A DNA stretch of 64,000 nt from an uncultured Beijerinckiaceae bacterium (GTDB lineage Bacteria; Pseudomonadota; Alphaproteobacteria; Rhizobiales; Beijerinckiaceae): contig CAXTIU010000011.1 of NCBI GenBank assembly GCA_964244495.1, positions 69,782 through 133,781 of the forward strand, written 5' to 3'. The notes under the pieces are model-generated. The model worked only from the letters and a program-made list of their open reading frames with translations. It was not told the origin of the DNA and made no database searches. Position numbers and translations under genes: made by a program. Below, one piece after another: positions 35,165-44,513 of this stretch (positions within the stretch are counted from its first letter, which is position 1; every line of letters starts with the position of its first letter).

Positions 35165-36205
35165 CTACTTGCGACCCGTACCGGTCGGCCACAGCAGCCT
35201 GCCCTCGAAACCGTAGACGGTTGAGCCGTCGGCGGCGTGGCCGGTGCCGGCGGTGGTGATCATGCCCCATCCAGGCCGCAAGGTGCGCTTGGCCTTGATC
35301 GCGAGGCGATAGGTGACCGTTTCCCCCGCGCGGACCGGCCGTAGCCATTTCAACGCCGTGAAGCCGGGCGAGGGACCGCCGGCCGCCACCGGCAACCCCG
35401 AGGCCGTCCGCGCCACGGCCGAGCGCTGCCGCGCGGCGACGTAGTGCTTCATCCAGAACGCCGCCGTCTGCCAGCCGGAGGCGACCAAGCCGCCGAAGTG
35501 GCTGCGCGTGGCGGCATCGGCGTCCAGGTGGAAATACTGGGGATCGTAGAGCGCGGCGAAGGTGGTGATGGTGTCCGGCGTGAAGAGCTGCGTACCGAGC
35601 AGGCTCTCGTGGCCGACCGCCACCTCCTCGTATGAAGCGGCGAGCATGAGGTCGGCGTCCGTCGCGGGTGTCGCCGCGGACACGGCCGCCGGCTCGCGCG
35701 CCGCCCCCGATGGCTGCTGGCGAGCCGCGCCGCGCCGTTGCACGATCACGGGGTTGTGCTGCGTCATGAGCGTGTCGCCGGCGGCGTTGCGCATCTCGAA
35801 GGTCGTGGTGACGAAGCCCCGGTCGGGGCGCGAGCCGGACGGGCGCTTGTCGCCGATCGTCAGCACGAGGTGCAGGGCGTCGCCCGGCCGCACCGGTTTC
35901 ACCCAGCGGACCTCGTCGACGCCCGGCGATCCCATGGAGGCGATCCGGCTAACGAAGGCGTCGAAGTACAGGCGCATGCCGAGCGCGGTCGTGTGCCAGC
36001 CCGAGGCGGCGAGCCCGCCCAGCGGCGAGGCCGCGCCGGCCGCCTCGTCGAGATGGAAGGGCTGCGGGTCATAGGCGGTGGCGAAGGCGGTGATCGCCTC
36101 GCGCGTCACGACGATCGGGTCGGAGCGCAGCACCGTGCCCGGTTCGATGTCCTCGAAATGCAGGAGGTCGGCGGGTGAAGGCTCGGAGGGCGGGCTGGCG
36201 GCCAT
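35165..36205 (-). CDS. Tandem (double hot-dog) MaoC family dehydratase
   Basis: Two repeats of FA..YDPQ.FHLD..A...GGL.ASGW.TAA and W..PVR.G. Confidence 0.88.
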   Translation of the reverse strand: MAASPPSEPSPADLLHFEDIEPGTVLRSDPIVVTREAITAFATAYDPQPFHLDEAAGAASPLGGLAASGWHTTALGMRLYFDAFVSRIASMGSPGVDEVRWVKPVRPGDALHLVLTIGDKRPSGSRPDRGFVTTTFEMRNAAGDTLMTQHNPVIVQRRGAARQQPSGAAREPAAVSAATPATDADLMLAASYEEVAVGHESLLGTQLFTPDTITTFAALYDPQYFHLDADAATRSHFGGLVASGWQTAAFWMKHYVAARQRSAVARTASGLPVAAGGPSPGFTALKWLRPVRAGETVTYRLAIKAKRTLRPGWGMITTAGTGHAADGSTVYGFEGRLLWPTGTGRK

Positions 36206-36236
36206 AGTAACCTCGCTTGGAAAACCTTGGACGGCC

Positions 36237-37337
36237 TCAGTTGGCGAAGCGGAAATGCAGCACGTCGCCGTCGGCGACGACGTAATCCTTGCCTTCCAGG
36301 CGGAAGCGGCCGGCCTCGCGCGCGCCGGCCTCGCCCCGGCCGGCGACGTAATCGTCGTAGGCGACCGTCTCGGCGCGGATATACCCCTTCTCGAAGTCGG
36401 TGTGGATGACGCCGGCCGCCGCCGGCCCCTTGGTGCCGAGCGGCACGGTCCAGGCGCGCGTCTCCTTGGGTCCCACGGTGAAGTAGGTGATGAGGTGGAG
36501 CAGGCCGTAGCCGGCGCGGATCACCCGGTTGAGGCCCGGCTCGCCCAGGCCGACGGCCTCCAGGTACTCGGCCTGCTCGGCCTGCGGCATCACCGCGATT
36601 TCGCTCTCGATGCGCGCCGAAACGACCACCGCCACCGCGCCCTCCGCCTCCGCGTGGCCGGCGACGGCGGCGGAGAAGGCGTTGCCGGCATCGGCCGAGG
36701 CTTCCTCGACGTTGCAGACGTAGAGCACCGGCTTCGCCGACAGCAGGCCGAGGCCGACGAAGGCCTTGCGTTCGTCCGGCTTGACGGCGGCGAGCCGGGC
36801 CGGCTTGCCCTCGCGCAGCAGCGCGAGGCAGCGGGTCATGAGGTCGAGCAGCGCCGCCGCGTCCTTGTCGCCGCCGGTCTTCGCGCGCTTCTCCAGCGCC
36901 GGCACGCGCTTCTCCAGGCTGTCGAGGTCGGCCAGCATCAGCTCGGTCTCGATCGTCTCGATGTCGGCGAGCGGGGCGATCGCGCCCTCGACGTGGGTCA
37001 CGTCGTCGTCCACGAAGCAGCGCACCACGTGGGCGATCGCGTCGCACTCGCGGATGTTGCCGAGGAACTGGTTGCCGAGCCCCTCGCCCTTGGAGGCGCC
37101 GCGTACCAGCCCGGCGATGTCGACGAAGGTGAGCCGTGTCGGGATGATCTCGCGCGAGCCGGCGATGGCCGACAGCACGGCGAGCCGCGGGTCCGGCACG
37201 GCGACGTCGCCGACGTTGGGCTCGATCGTGCAGAAGGGATAGTTCGCCGCCTGCGCGGCGGCGGTCTGGGTGAGGGCGTTGAAGAGGGTCGACTTGCCGA
37301 CGTTGGGCAGGCCGACGATGCCGCATTTGAAACCCAT
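36237..37337 (-). CDS. ychF: Redox-regulated ATPase YchF
   Basis: MGFKCGIVGLPNVGKSTLFNALT, DIAGLVRGASKGEGLGN and EGKDYVVADGD; start at ATG 37337. Confidence 0.97.
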   Translation of the reverse strand: MGFKCGIVGLPNVGKSTLFNALTQTAAAQAANYPFCTIEPNVGDVAVPDPRLAVLSAIAGSREIIPTRLTFVDIAGLVRGASKGEGLGNQFLGNIRECDAIAHVVRCFVDDDVTHVEGAIAPLADIETIETELMLADLDSLEKRVPALEKRAKTGGDKDAAALLDLMTRCLALLREGKPARLAAVKPDERKAFVGLGLLSAKPVLYVCNVEEASADAGNAFSAAVAGHAEAEGAVAVVVSARIESEIAVMPQAEQAEYLEAVGLGEPGLNRVIRAGYGLLHLITYFTVGPKETRAWTVPLGTKGPAAAGVIHTDFEKGYIRAETVAYDDYVAGRGEAGAREAGRFRLEGKDYVVADGDVLHFRFAN

Positions 37338-37401
37338 GGCGATCCCGGGGAAAGGAGGTGCCCGGTGGTTAGCGCGCCCCGCCGCGCACGGCAACAGCCG
37401 C

Positions 37402-38103
37402 TCACACGTGCTCGGGCGCCTCCGCCTTCGCCTCGCCCTTCAGCTCGGTGCGCAGGATGAGGGGCACCTGGGTAAAGGTGAACAGGAAGATCAGCCCCGC
37501 CGTGCCGGGGAACTTGAACAGCACCCAGGCGTGCTCGGAGAGGTTGCGCCACACGATCTCGTTGGCCACCGCCAGCCCCAGGAAGAAGAACCCCCAGCGC
37601 AGCGTCAGCACGCGCCAGCCTTCTTCCGTCAGCGCCATCGCGTTGTCGAGCATGATCGGCAGCAGCGGCCGGTTGAAGGCGAGGCCGCCGAGCATGCCGC
37701 CGCCGAACAGGGCGTAGAGGATGGTCGGCTTCATCTTGATGAAGCGCGGGTCCTGGAAATACAGGGTCAGGCCGCCGAACACCACCACCAGGATCGCGGT
37801 GACGAGTGGCATCAGGGGCAGGCGCCGGGTCTTGGCGTAGGAAACGATCAGGGCCAGCACCACCGCCGCCATCAGCACGCCGGTGGCGGTGAACAGCCCC
37901 GCCTCCGGGCCGGCCAGCAGCTTGGCCGGCAGGATCGGCCGCATCAAGGGCTCGAACAGCTTCGGCCGGAAGTTGGCGAAGAAGAAGAGCAGCAGCGGCC
38001 CCATCTCCAGCGCGAACTTCAGCCCCGGCGAGATGGTGCGCGCGGGGACGAGGTTGCCGGCTGGCGGGGGAAGGGCCGGCGCGATGTTTGAACTCTGGTC
38101 CAT
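37402..38103 (-). CDS. yciB: Inner membrane-spanning protein YciB (septation protein A/IspZ)
   Basis: LEMGPLLLFF, FGGLTLYFQD..FIKMKPTI and W..LT.RW..FF; start at ATG 38103. Confidence 0.9.
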   Translation of the reverse strand: MDQSSNIAPALPPPAGNLVPARTISPGLKFALEMGPLLLFFFANFRPKLFEPLMRPILPAKLLAGPEAGLFTATGVLMAAVVLALIVSYAKTRRLPLMPLVTAILVVVFGGLTLYFQDPRFIKMKPTILYALFGGGMLGGLAFNRPLLPIMLDNAMALTEEGWRVLTLRWGFFFLGLAVANEIVWRNLSEHAWVLFKFPGTAGLIFLFTFTQVPLILRTELKGEAKAEAPEHV

Positions 38104-38255
38104 GGATCCTTCGGGAGGTTGGCGTCCTTCGAGGATGTCGGTGCCCCCGCGTCGGCGGGGTGCCGCCTGTGTTTCAGACACTTGGGGCGGCGGCAAGGCC
38201 GCTGCATCCCCCTTGCCGGCGCCGAGGGCATGTCCGCGAGAGGCGAAAGCGCGCG

Positions 38256-39110
38256 CTAACCGCGCCGCCCCTCCGCCAGGATCGCCGCCGACAGTTCGGC
38301 CGCCTGCGCCCCGCGCGGCGCGCGCAGCAGCACGACCTCGAGCGCGCCGAGCGCCGGCAGCGCCGCCGCGCCGGCGTCCGTCGGCCCGACCTCGCGCAGG
38401 CCGGCGGGCACGAGCTTGCGGGCCAGCGTGGTGATCCCGAGTCCCGCGCGCGTCGCGGCGACGAGGCCGCTCAGGCCGTCGCTGGTGCACGCGATGCGCC
38501 AGGGGACGCCCGCGTGGTCGAGGGCGGCCAGCGCCATCGACCGGACGACGCTCGGCGGCGGGTAGACGATCAGCGGCACGGGTCCCCCCTTCGGCGACGC
38601 CTCGCCGCCGGCGCCGATCCAGACGAGGGAATCGCGCCAGACGAGGTCGCCGCGCTCGTCGCCCGGCCATCGCTCGCACAGCACGACGTCGAGCGCGCCG
38701 GCATCGAAGCGCCCGACCAGGGCCACCGACGGCGCGACGGCGAGTTCGAGGTCGATGTCGGGATGATCGCGCGCGAAACGTGCCAGCACCTGCGGCAGCC
38801 ACGCCGTCACGAGATCCTCGGTGGCGCCGAACCGGAGGCGACCGCGCAGCCTGGTGCCGGCGAGGTGGCGCTCGGCGCGTTCGCCCGTTTCCAGGATCGT
38901 CCGCGCGAAGCCGATCAGGCCCTCGCCGGCGACAGTGAGCGCCACGGAATGCGTGTCCCGCACGAAGAGCCGGTGGCCGAGGCCCTGTTCCAGCCGCCGG
39001 ACATGGTCGCTCACCGTGGACTGCCTGATCGCCAGCTTGCGGCTCGTTTCCGAGAAGCTGCTGCCCTCCGCGATGACGAGGAACGTCCTGAGCAGAAGGG
39101 GGTCGAGCAT
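38256..39110 (-). CDS. LysR family transcriptional regulator
   Basis: LLRTFLVIAE.SSFS...L...QSTVS..VRRLE HTH; divergent from the transporter gene. Confidence 0.93.
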   Translation of the reverse strand: MLDPLLLRTFLVIAEGSSFSETSRKLAIRQSTVSDHVRRLEQGLGHRLFVRDTHSVALTVAGEGLIGFARTILETGERAERHLAGTRLRGRLRFGATEDLVTAWLPQVLARFARDHPDIDLELAVAPSVALVGRFDAGALDVVLCERWPGDERGDLVWRDSLVWIGAGGEASPKGGPVPLIVYPPPSVVRSMALAALDHAGVPWRIACTSDGLSGLVAATRAGLGITTLARKLVPAGLREVGPTDAGAAALPALGALEVVLLRAPRGAQAAELSAAILAEGRRG

Positions 39111-39390
39111 CGCTTCGCCTGTTCATCGCTGATCGCTTGCGCCGCCATCCGTTACCGCGACGCGCCGAAGGCGACGAGCCCGCACGCGCGGTCTTCGTCG
39201 AAGCCCGTTCGCGTCACCGCCGAAAGGCGGCTGCCGTTCCATCGAAAAGCCGCTGGACACGACCGTCGCGATGCCGTCCTTGACGGGGGTCGGAGATCGG
39301 CGCGCGCAAACCGTTAACGCGCCAATGATCGGTGTCGGCAAGCGTGCCGCTCGTCGACGCCCCAGGCCAACCCAGGTGGAGAAGCAGCCA

Positions 39391-41118
39391 ATGACCACCC
39401 TCGATCACGCGCCGCCTCGGGCTGGAACGGAGGCGGGGCTGCTCGACCGGGGACGCACGGTCGCCAAGCCCGGCTTCAACCGCTGGCTCGTGCCTCCGGC
39501 CGCGCTCGCCATCCACTTGTCGATCGGCATGGCCTACGCGCTGAGCGTGTTCTGGAAACCGCTCGCGGCCGCCATCCCCAACACGGACGCCGCCGCCTGC
39601 AAGGCGATGGGCTTCCTCGCCATGCTGACGACGACGACCTGCAACTGGCCCGACTCGGCGACCGTGGTGACCTTCGAGATCGCCATCGTGGTGCTCGGCA
39701 TCTCCGCCGCCCTGTTCGGCGGCTGGCTGGAGCGGGCGGGGCCGCGCAAGGCCGGGCTCGTCGCGGCCCTGTGCTGGGGCGGCGGCTTCCTCCTCAGCGC
39801 GCTCGCCGTGCAGATCCATCAGCTCTGGCTGCTGTACCTGGGGCTCGGCCTGGTCGGCGGCGTCGGGCTGGGGCTCGGCTACATCTCGCCCGTGTCGACG
39901 CTGATCAAGTGGTTCCCCGACCGGCGCGGCATGGCGACCGGCATGGCGATCATGGGGTTCGGCGGGGGCGCGATGATCGGCGCGCCGCTCGCCAACCTGC
40001 TGATGAGCGGCGGCACCGTCGTCAGCCTCGGCGGCTTCAGCCTCACCGTCGCCGGCTTCAAGTCCGCCGCCGGCCCGGGCGTCACCGAAACCTTCCTGGT
40101 GCTGGGCCTGCTCTACCTCGTCGTCATGGCCATCGGCGCCTTCTCCTACCGCGTACCGCCGGACAACTGGGCGCCGCAGGGCTGGGTCGCGCCGGCGCGC
40201 CGGACAAGGCTGATCTCGCACGGCGACGTCCACCTCAACGACGCGCACAGGACGCTGTCGTTCTGGATGATCTGGAGCGTGCTGTTCCTCAACGTCACCG
40301 CCGGCATCGCGGTGCTCTCGATCGCCTCGCCGATGCTGCAGACGATCTTCGGCGGCCGCCTGATCGGGCTCGTGCCGGGCGCCACGCCGACGGCGCCGCA
40401 GCTCGCGTCGATCGCCGCCGTCGCCGCCGGCTTCGTCGGGCTGCTGTCGCTGTTCAACATCGGCGGCCGGTTCTTCTGGGCCTCGATCTCCGACACGATC
40501 GGGCGCAAGGCGACCTACGCCGTCTTCTTCGCGCTCGGCATCCTCCTCTACGCCGCCGTGCCGAGCCTGGCGGACGCCGGCTCCAAGGCCCTCTTCGTCG
40601 CCGCGCTCTGCGTGATCCTCTCGATGTACGGCGGCGGCTTCGCGACGGTGCCGGCCTACCTCGCCGACATCTTCGGCACCAAGTTCGTCGGGGCGATCCA
40701 CGGCCGGCTGCTCACCGCCTGGTCGGTGGCCGGCGTGGCCGGGTCCGAGATCATCGTGCGCGTCCGCGACTACCAGATCCAGACGAACCACCTGCCGCCG
40801 GCGCAGGTCTACGACGCGGTCATGTACGTCATGGTCGGCCTGCTCGCGCTGGGTTTCGTGTGCAACCTGCTGGTGCGGCCGGTCGGCGACAAGTGGCTGA
40901 TGCGCCGCGACGGGACGGGAACGGGCGCCGCCATCCCCACCGCCGGGCTGGCGACGACGGCCGGCGAAGCGGTGCGACCGGTGCCGGCCGCGTCTGGGCA
41001 GGGCATCGGTTTCGGCTCGCTCGGCGGCGCGGCGCTGATCCCGTGGCTCATCATCGCCGTGCCGGTCGCCTGGGGCCTCTACAAGGCGATCCTGAGCGCG
41101 CTCAAGATCCTGACTTGA
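39391..41118 (+). CDS. OFA (oxalate:formate antiporter) family MFS transporter
   Basis: FNRWLVPPAALAIHLSIG.AYA, GYISPVSTLIKWFPDRRGMATGMAIMGFGGGAM and VGAIHGRLLTAWS; start at ATG 39391. Confidence 0.9.
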   Translation: MTTLDHAPPRAGTEAGLLDRGRTVAKPGFNRWLVPPAALAIHLSIGMAYALSVFWKPLAAAIPNTDAAACKAMGFLAMLTTTTCNWPDSATVVTFEIAIVVLGISAALFGGWLERAGPRKAGLVAALCWGGGFLLSALAVQIHQLWLLYLGLGLVGGVGLGLGYISPVSTLIKWFPDRRGMATGMAIMGFGGGAMIGAPLANLLMSGGTVVSLGGFSLTVAGFKSAAGPGVTETFLVLGLLYLVVMAIGAFSYRVPPDNWAPQGWVAPARRTRLISHGDVHLNDAHRTLSFWMIWSVLFLNVTAGIAVLSIASPMLQTIFGGRLIGLVPGATPTAPQLASIAAVAAGFVGLLSLFNIGGRFFWASISDTIGRKATYAVFFALGILLYAAVPSLADAGSKALFVAALCVILSMYGGGFATVPAYLADIFGTKFVGAIHGRLLTAWSVAGVAGSEIIVRVRDYQIQTNHLPPAQVYDAVMYVMVGLLALGFVCNLLVRPVGDKWLMRRDGTGTGAAIPTAGLATTAGEAVRPVPAASGQGIGFGSLGGAALIPWLIIAVPVAWGLYKAILSALKILT

Positions 41119-41145
41119 GCCTTCTCGCGCCCGCCCGTCCCGAAC

Positions 41146-43287
41146 TCAGCGAAACGAGAACATCGACGCGCGCCGGCTCGCGGTCGCCGCCGCCGCGACC
41201 GTGAAGCCGCCGCCCAGCGCCCGCGCCGCGTCGAGGCCGGCGCGAAGGCGCGGGCTGGCCTGCGCCGGCTCGAAGGGCGACGCGCCATCGTGCTGAAGCG
41301 CGATCGCGACGCTCGCCCGCTCGGCCTCGGTGCCGCCGGCCGCGAGCGCGAGCATCAGGGCCAGCGCTCCCCTGCCGTGGTGACCCTCGACGGCCGCCCC
41401 GTCCTGTCGGCTGCCGTCCCGCCGGGTGTCGCCTGGCCCGGCATCCTCTTGGCGCAGCAAGGCGTAAAGGTCGACGAAGCGCTTCACAGCGCGCGGCGAA
41501 GGGCCGCCCAGCCCGGCGAGGCCGGTGAGCATCGAGGCTTCGGCGACGGTGACCGGCTCGTCGAGCACGGAGGTCGAGGCGTCGGGCTTGCGCCGCGCCG
41601 CCGGGCCGGGACGCGCCATCCCCAACGCCGCCTGGACGAGCGGGCGGTAGTCGCGCTCGGCCGCGCCGCTGTCGACGCGCACCGGAACCTGGACCCAGCG
41701 CTGCAGATCGTCGAGCGCGCCACCGAGCCCGCCGGCCTCGGCGAGCCGGGCGGGGTCGGCGGCGACGATCGCGGCCAGCCCCGCGCCCAGCGAGCGATGC
41801 AGCGCGTCGAGGATCGCCCGCGCCCGCTCCGGTGCCACCGCGTCGAGGTGGTCGATCGCGAACACGATCCGTTGCGGCGCAGCCTTGCCGCCATCCCCCT
41901 TGCCACCCGTCGCCATCATCGCGCCGAGCAGGGCGAGGAAGCCCTGCGCCTGCGCCGCCGCGTCGGGTTGGAACGGCGAAGGCGCCTCGGCCGCGCCCGA
42001 GCCGCCGACGCGGCGTTCGGCCTCCGCGCTCTCGCGCGTGAGCCGCTCGACGTCGGCGTCCAGCGTGTCCACCCGCTTGGTCTGGTAGGCGTAGAGCCCG
42101 TCGAGGTCGCGGCGGCGATTGTCGAGGTCGGCGCCGAGCAGGCGCGCGCCCTTGAACACCGGCTGGAGGAAGCTGAAGGCGCGGAAGAGGTTGACGGCGA
42201 TCGCCAGCGCGGCGCCGACGAAGGCGATCGTGCGCGCGGTGGCGAGCCAATCCATATGGTCGGCGAGCCAGGTCGCGACGCCCATGCCGGCTTGGGGTCC
42301 CGAGCGCAGGCTGTCGAGCCAGCGTTCGGGATCGTCGATGGCGATGCCGAGCCCGACGCCGACCGCGACGAGGACGAGCGCCGCCACGATCAGCTTGGTC
42401 TGCCCCTTGAAGGCCCACACCGAGCGGAGCGCGAGGCCGAGGCGGCTGCCCGGCCCGGCGACGAGCTGAACGAGGTCCTTGTAGTTGCGCAGCGGGTCGC
42501 CGTTGATGCCGAAGGCGGTGAGGCGGTTCTCGATGCCCGGTCGGTTGGCGCGGGCGTAGGCGTCGACCTGGCTGCCGGCCGCCTCGTAGAGCACCGTTTC
42601 GACGAGGCGGGCGCGACGCGATCCCGCGTCGTCGAGCGCGCGACGCTCGCCGTCGAGCCGGCGGCGCACCTCGTCGAGCTTCTCGTTGACCTCGCGCAGG
42701 ACGAGGTGGGGGTCGCGCGCGGCGTGGCCGGCCTCGCGGGCGAAGTCGGGGTAGGGGCGGCGCAGGCCGGCGTGGAGCTTCGCCGCCAGCGCCGTCACGG
42801 GATCGCCCTCCAGGCTCGCGCCGTCGATGGGCTGCACGTGGACGCGGGGCAGGAACGGACTCTGGCCCGCGCTCCCGGCGGCGGACGCGAGATCACGGAC
42901 GCGGGCGGCGAGGCGGCCCAGCGCGAAGCTCTTGCCCGTGCCGGGGCCCCCGAGGAGCCCGATGCAGAGCCCCGCGCCGGTGCCGCGATGGGCGACGAGC
43001 TCGGCGAGGCGGGCCAGCGTGTCGTCGAGGCCGAGCGCGTCCTCGCCCAGGCCGCCGAACGGGGTCGGGGTGAGCCGCGACGTGCCGCCGGCGCCCTGCG
43101 TGGGGATGCCCGACGCAGGGGTGCCCGGCGCAGGGATGGTCGGCGGGATCGGCTCGCGCGTCGCGCCGTCCAGCCGTCCTGCGGGCACGACGGCCCCGAG
43201 ATCGCGCACGCCGACATCCACCACGTGAAACCCCCTCGAAGTCCTCGGTCGTCCAGCGCCGGCGCCATCACGGTGGCGCGGCCGCAT
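41146..43287 (-). CDS. KAP-family-like P-loop NTPase with coiled coils and two TM segments
   Basis: Walker A IGLLGGPGTGKSFAL, TM segments after the P-loop, and Walker B-like IVFAIDHLDAV.PE. The start is uncertain. Confidence 0.72.
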   Translation of the reverse strand: MRPRHRDGAGAGRPRTSRGFHVVDVGVRDLGAVVPAGRLDGATREPIPPTIPAPGTPASGIPTQGAGGTSRLTPTPFGGLGEDALGLDDTLARLAELVAHRGTGAGLCIGLLGGPGTGKSFALGRLAARVRDLASAAGSAGQSPFLPRVHVQPIDGASLEGDPVTALAAKLHAGLRRPYPDFAREAGHAARDPHLVLREVNEKLDEVRRRLDGERRALDDAGSRRARLVETVLYEAAGSQVDAYARANRPGIENRLTAFGINGDPLRNYKDLVQLVAGPGSRLGLALRSVWAFKGQTKLIVAALVLVAVGVGLGIAIDDPERWLDSLRSGPQAGMGVATWLADHMDWLATARTIAFVGAALAIAVNLFRAFSFLQPVFKGARLLGADLDNRRRDLDGLYAYQTKRVDTLDADVERLTRESAEAERRVGGSGAAEAPSPFQPDAAAQAQGFLALLGAMMATGGKGDGGKAAPQRIVFAIDHLDAVAPERARAILDALHRSLGAGLAAIVAADPARLAEAGGLGGALDDLQRWVQVPVRVDSGAAERDYRPLVQAALGMARPGPAARRKPDASTSVLDEPVTVAEASMLTGLAGLGGPSPRAVKRFVDLYALLRQEDAGPGDTRRDGSRQDGAAVEGHHGRGALALMLALAAGGTEAERASVAIALQHDGASPFEPAQASPRLRAGLDAARALGGGFTVAAAATASRRASMFSFR

Positions 43288-43480
43288 AAAGGCTTCCGAA
43301 TGTGACCATCGGAAGACCCCGCCGGCCGAGTCGGCGCCGGCCGGTGCGTCGGCGCCCGCGTGGACGATCGCGGGAACGCAGCGGATCGCCGGCTCGCGCG
43401 TTGGCTTTCGAGCCTCCAGCGTGTCCGCGCGAAGACGGCGGCGCCCATCGGGGCACGCGAGGCGACAGGAGACGGCTGCG

Positions 43481-44512
43481 ATGGAATACCGACGGTTCGG
43501 AGGCTCAGGCCTCAAGGTCCCCGTTCTCAGCCTCGGTACGGGCACGTTCGGCGGCAGCGACGCGTTCTTCCAGCGCTGGGGCCGGACCGACGTGGCGGAG
43601 GCGACCCGGATGGTGGACCTCTGCGTCGAGGCCGGCGTCAACTTCTTCGACACCGCCGACATCTACTCCGCCGGCGCCTCGGAGGAGATCCTGGGACAGG
43701 CGATCAAGGGCAAGCGCGACCGGCTGCTGATCTCGACCAAGGCCACCTTTCCGACCGGGGAAGGGCCGAACGACGTCGGCTCGTCGCGCCACCACCTCGT
43801 GCGGGCCTGCGAGGCGAGCCTGCGCAGGCTCGGCACCGACCACGTCGACATCTACTTCATGCACGCCTTCGACGCGCTGACCCCGGTCGACGAGACGCTG
43901 CGCGCGCTCGACGACCTGGTGCGCGCCGGCAAGATCGGCGCGATCGGCTGCTCGAACTACTCCGGCTGGCACCTGATGAAGGCGCTCGCGACCTCCGAGC
44001 GTTATGGCCTCGCGCGCTACGTCGCCTACCAGGGCTATTATTCCCTGGTCGGCCGGCACTACGAGTGGGAGCTGATGCCGCTCGGCCTCGACCAGCACGT
44101 CGGCCTGATGGTGTGGAGCCCGCTCGGCTGGGGCCGGCTGACCGGCAAGATCCGGCGCGGGCAGCCGGCCGCCAGCGGGCGCATCGCGTCGGGCGGCGCG
44201 GAGGGCGGCCCGAGCGTCGCGGACGAGGTGCTCTACAAGGTCGTCGACGCGCTCGACGCGGTGGCGGCCGAGACCGGCCGCAGCGTCGCGCAGGTGGCGC
44301 TGAACTGGCTGCTGACCCGCCCCACCGTCTGCAACATCGTGATCGGCGCCCGCGACGAGGAGCAGTTGAAGCAGAACCTCGGCGCGGTGGGCTGGAGCCT
44401 GACGCCCGAGCAGGTGGCCACGCTGGACAGAGCGAGCCACGAGGAGCCGACCTATCCCTACTGGCACCAGAAGGGGTTCGACGCGCGCAACCCCAAGCCG
44501 ACGGTGTGGTGA
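43481..44512 (+). CDS. Aldo/keto reductase
   Basis: LSLGTGTFG, FFDTADIYS.G.SEEILG, SLRRL.TD..D.Y..H and VWSPLG.GRLTGK; AGGAG RBS. Confidence 0.93.
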   Translation: MEYRRFGGSGLKVPVLSLGTGTFGGSDAFFQRWGRTDVAEATRMVDLCVEAGVNFFDTADIYSAGASEEILGQAIKGKRDRLLISTKATFPTGEGPNDVGSSRHHLVRACEASLRRLGTDHVDIYFMHAFDALTPVDETLRALDDLVRAGKIGAIGCSNYSGWHLMKALATSERYGLARYVAYQGYYSLVGRHYEWELMPLGLDQHVGLMVWSPLGWGRLTGKIRRGQPAASGRIASGGAEGGPSVADEVLYKVVDALDAVAAETGRSVAQVALNWLLTRPTVCNIVIGARDEEQLKQNLGAVGWSLTPEQVATLDRASHEEPTYPYWHQKGFDARNPKPTVW

Positions 44513-44513
44513 G

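Noticed and set aside
43288-43662. N-terminal extension of the 838-aa KAP ORF that resembles an oxidoreductase-antisense peptide
   Set aside because: It overlaps the aldo/keto reductase gene on the opposite strand, which explains its content.
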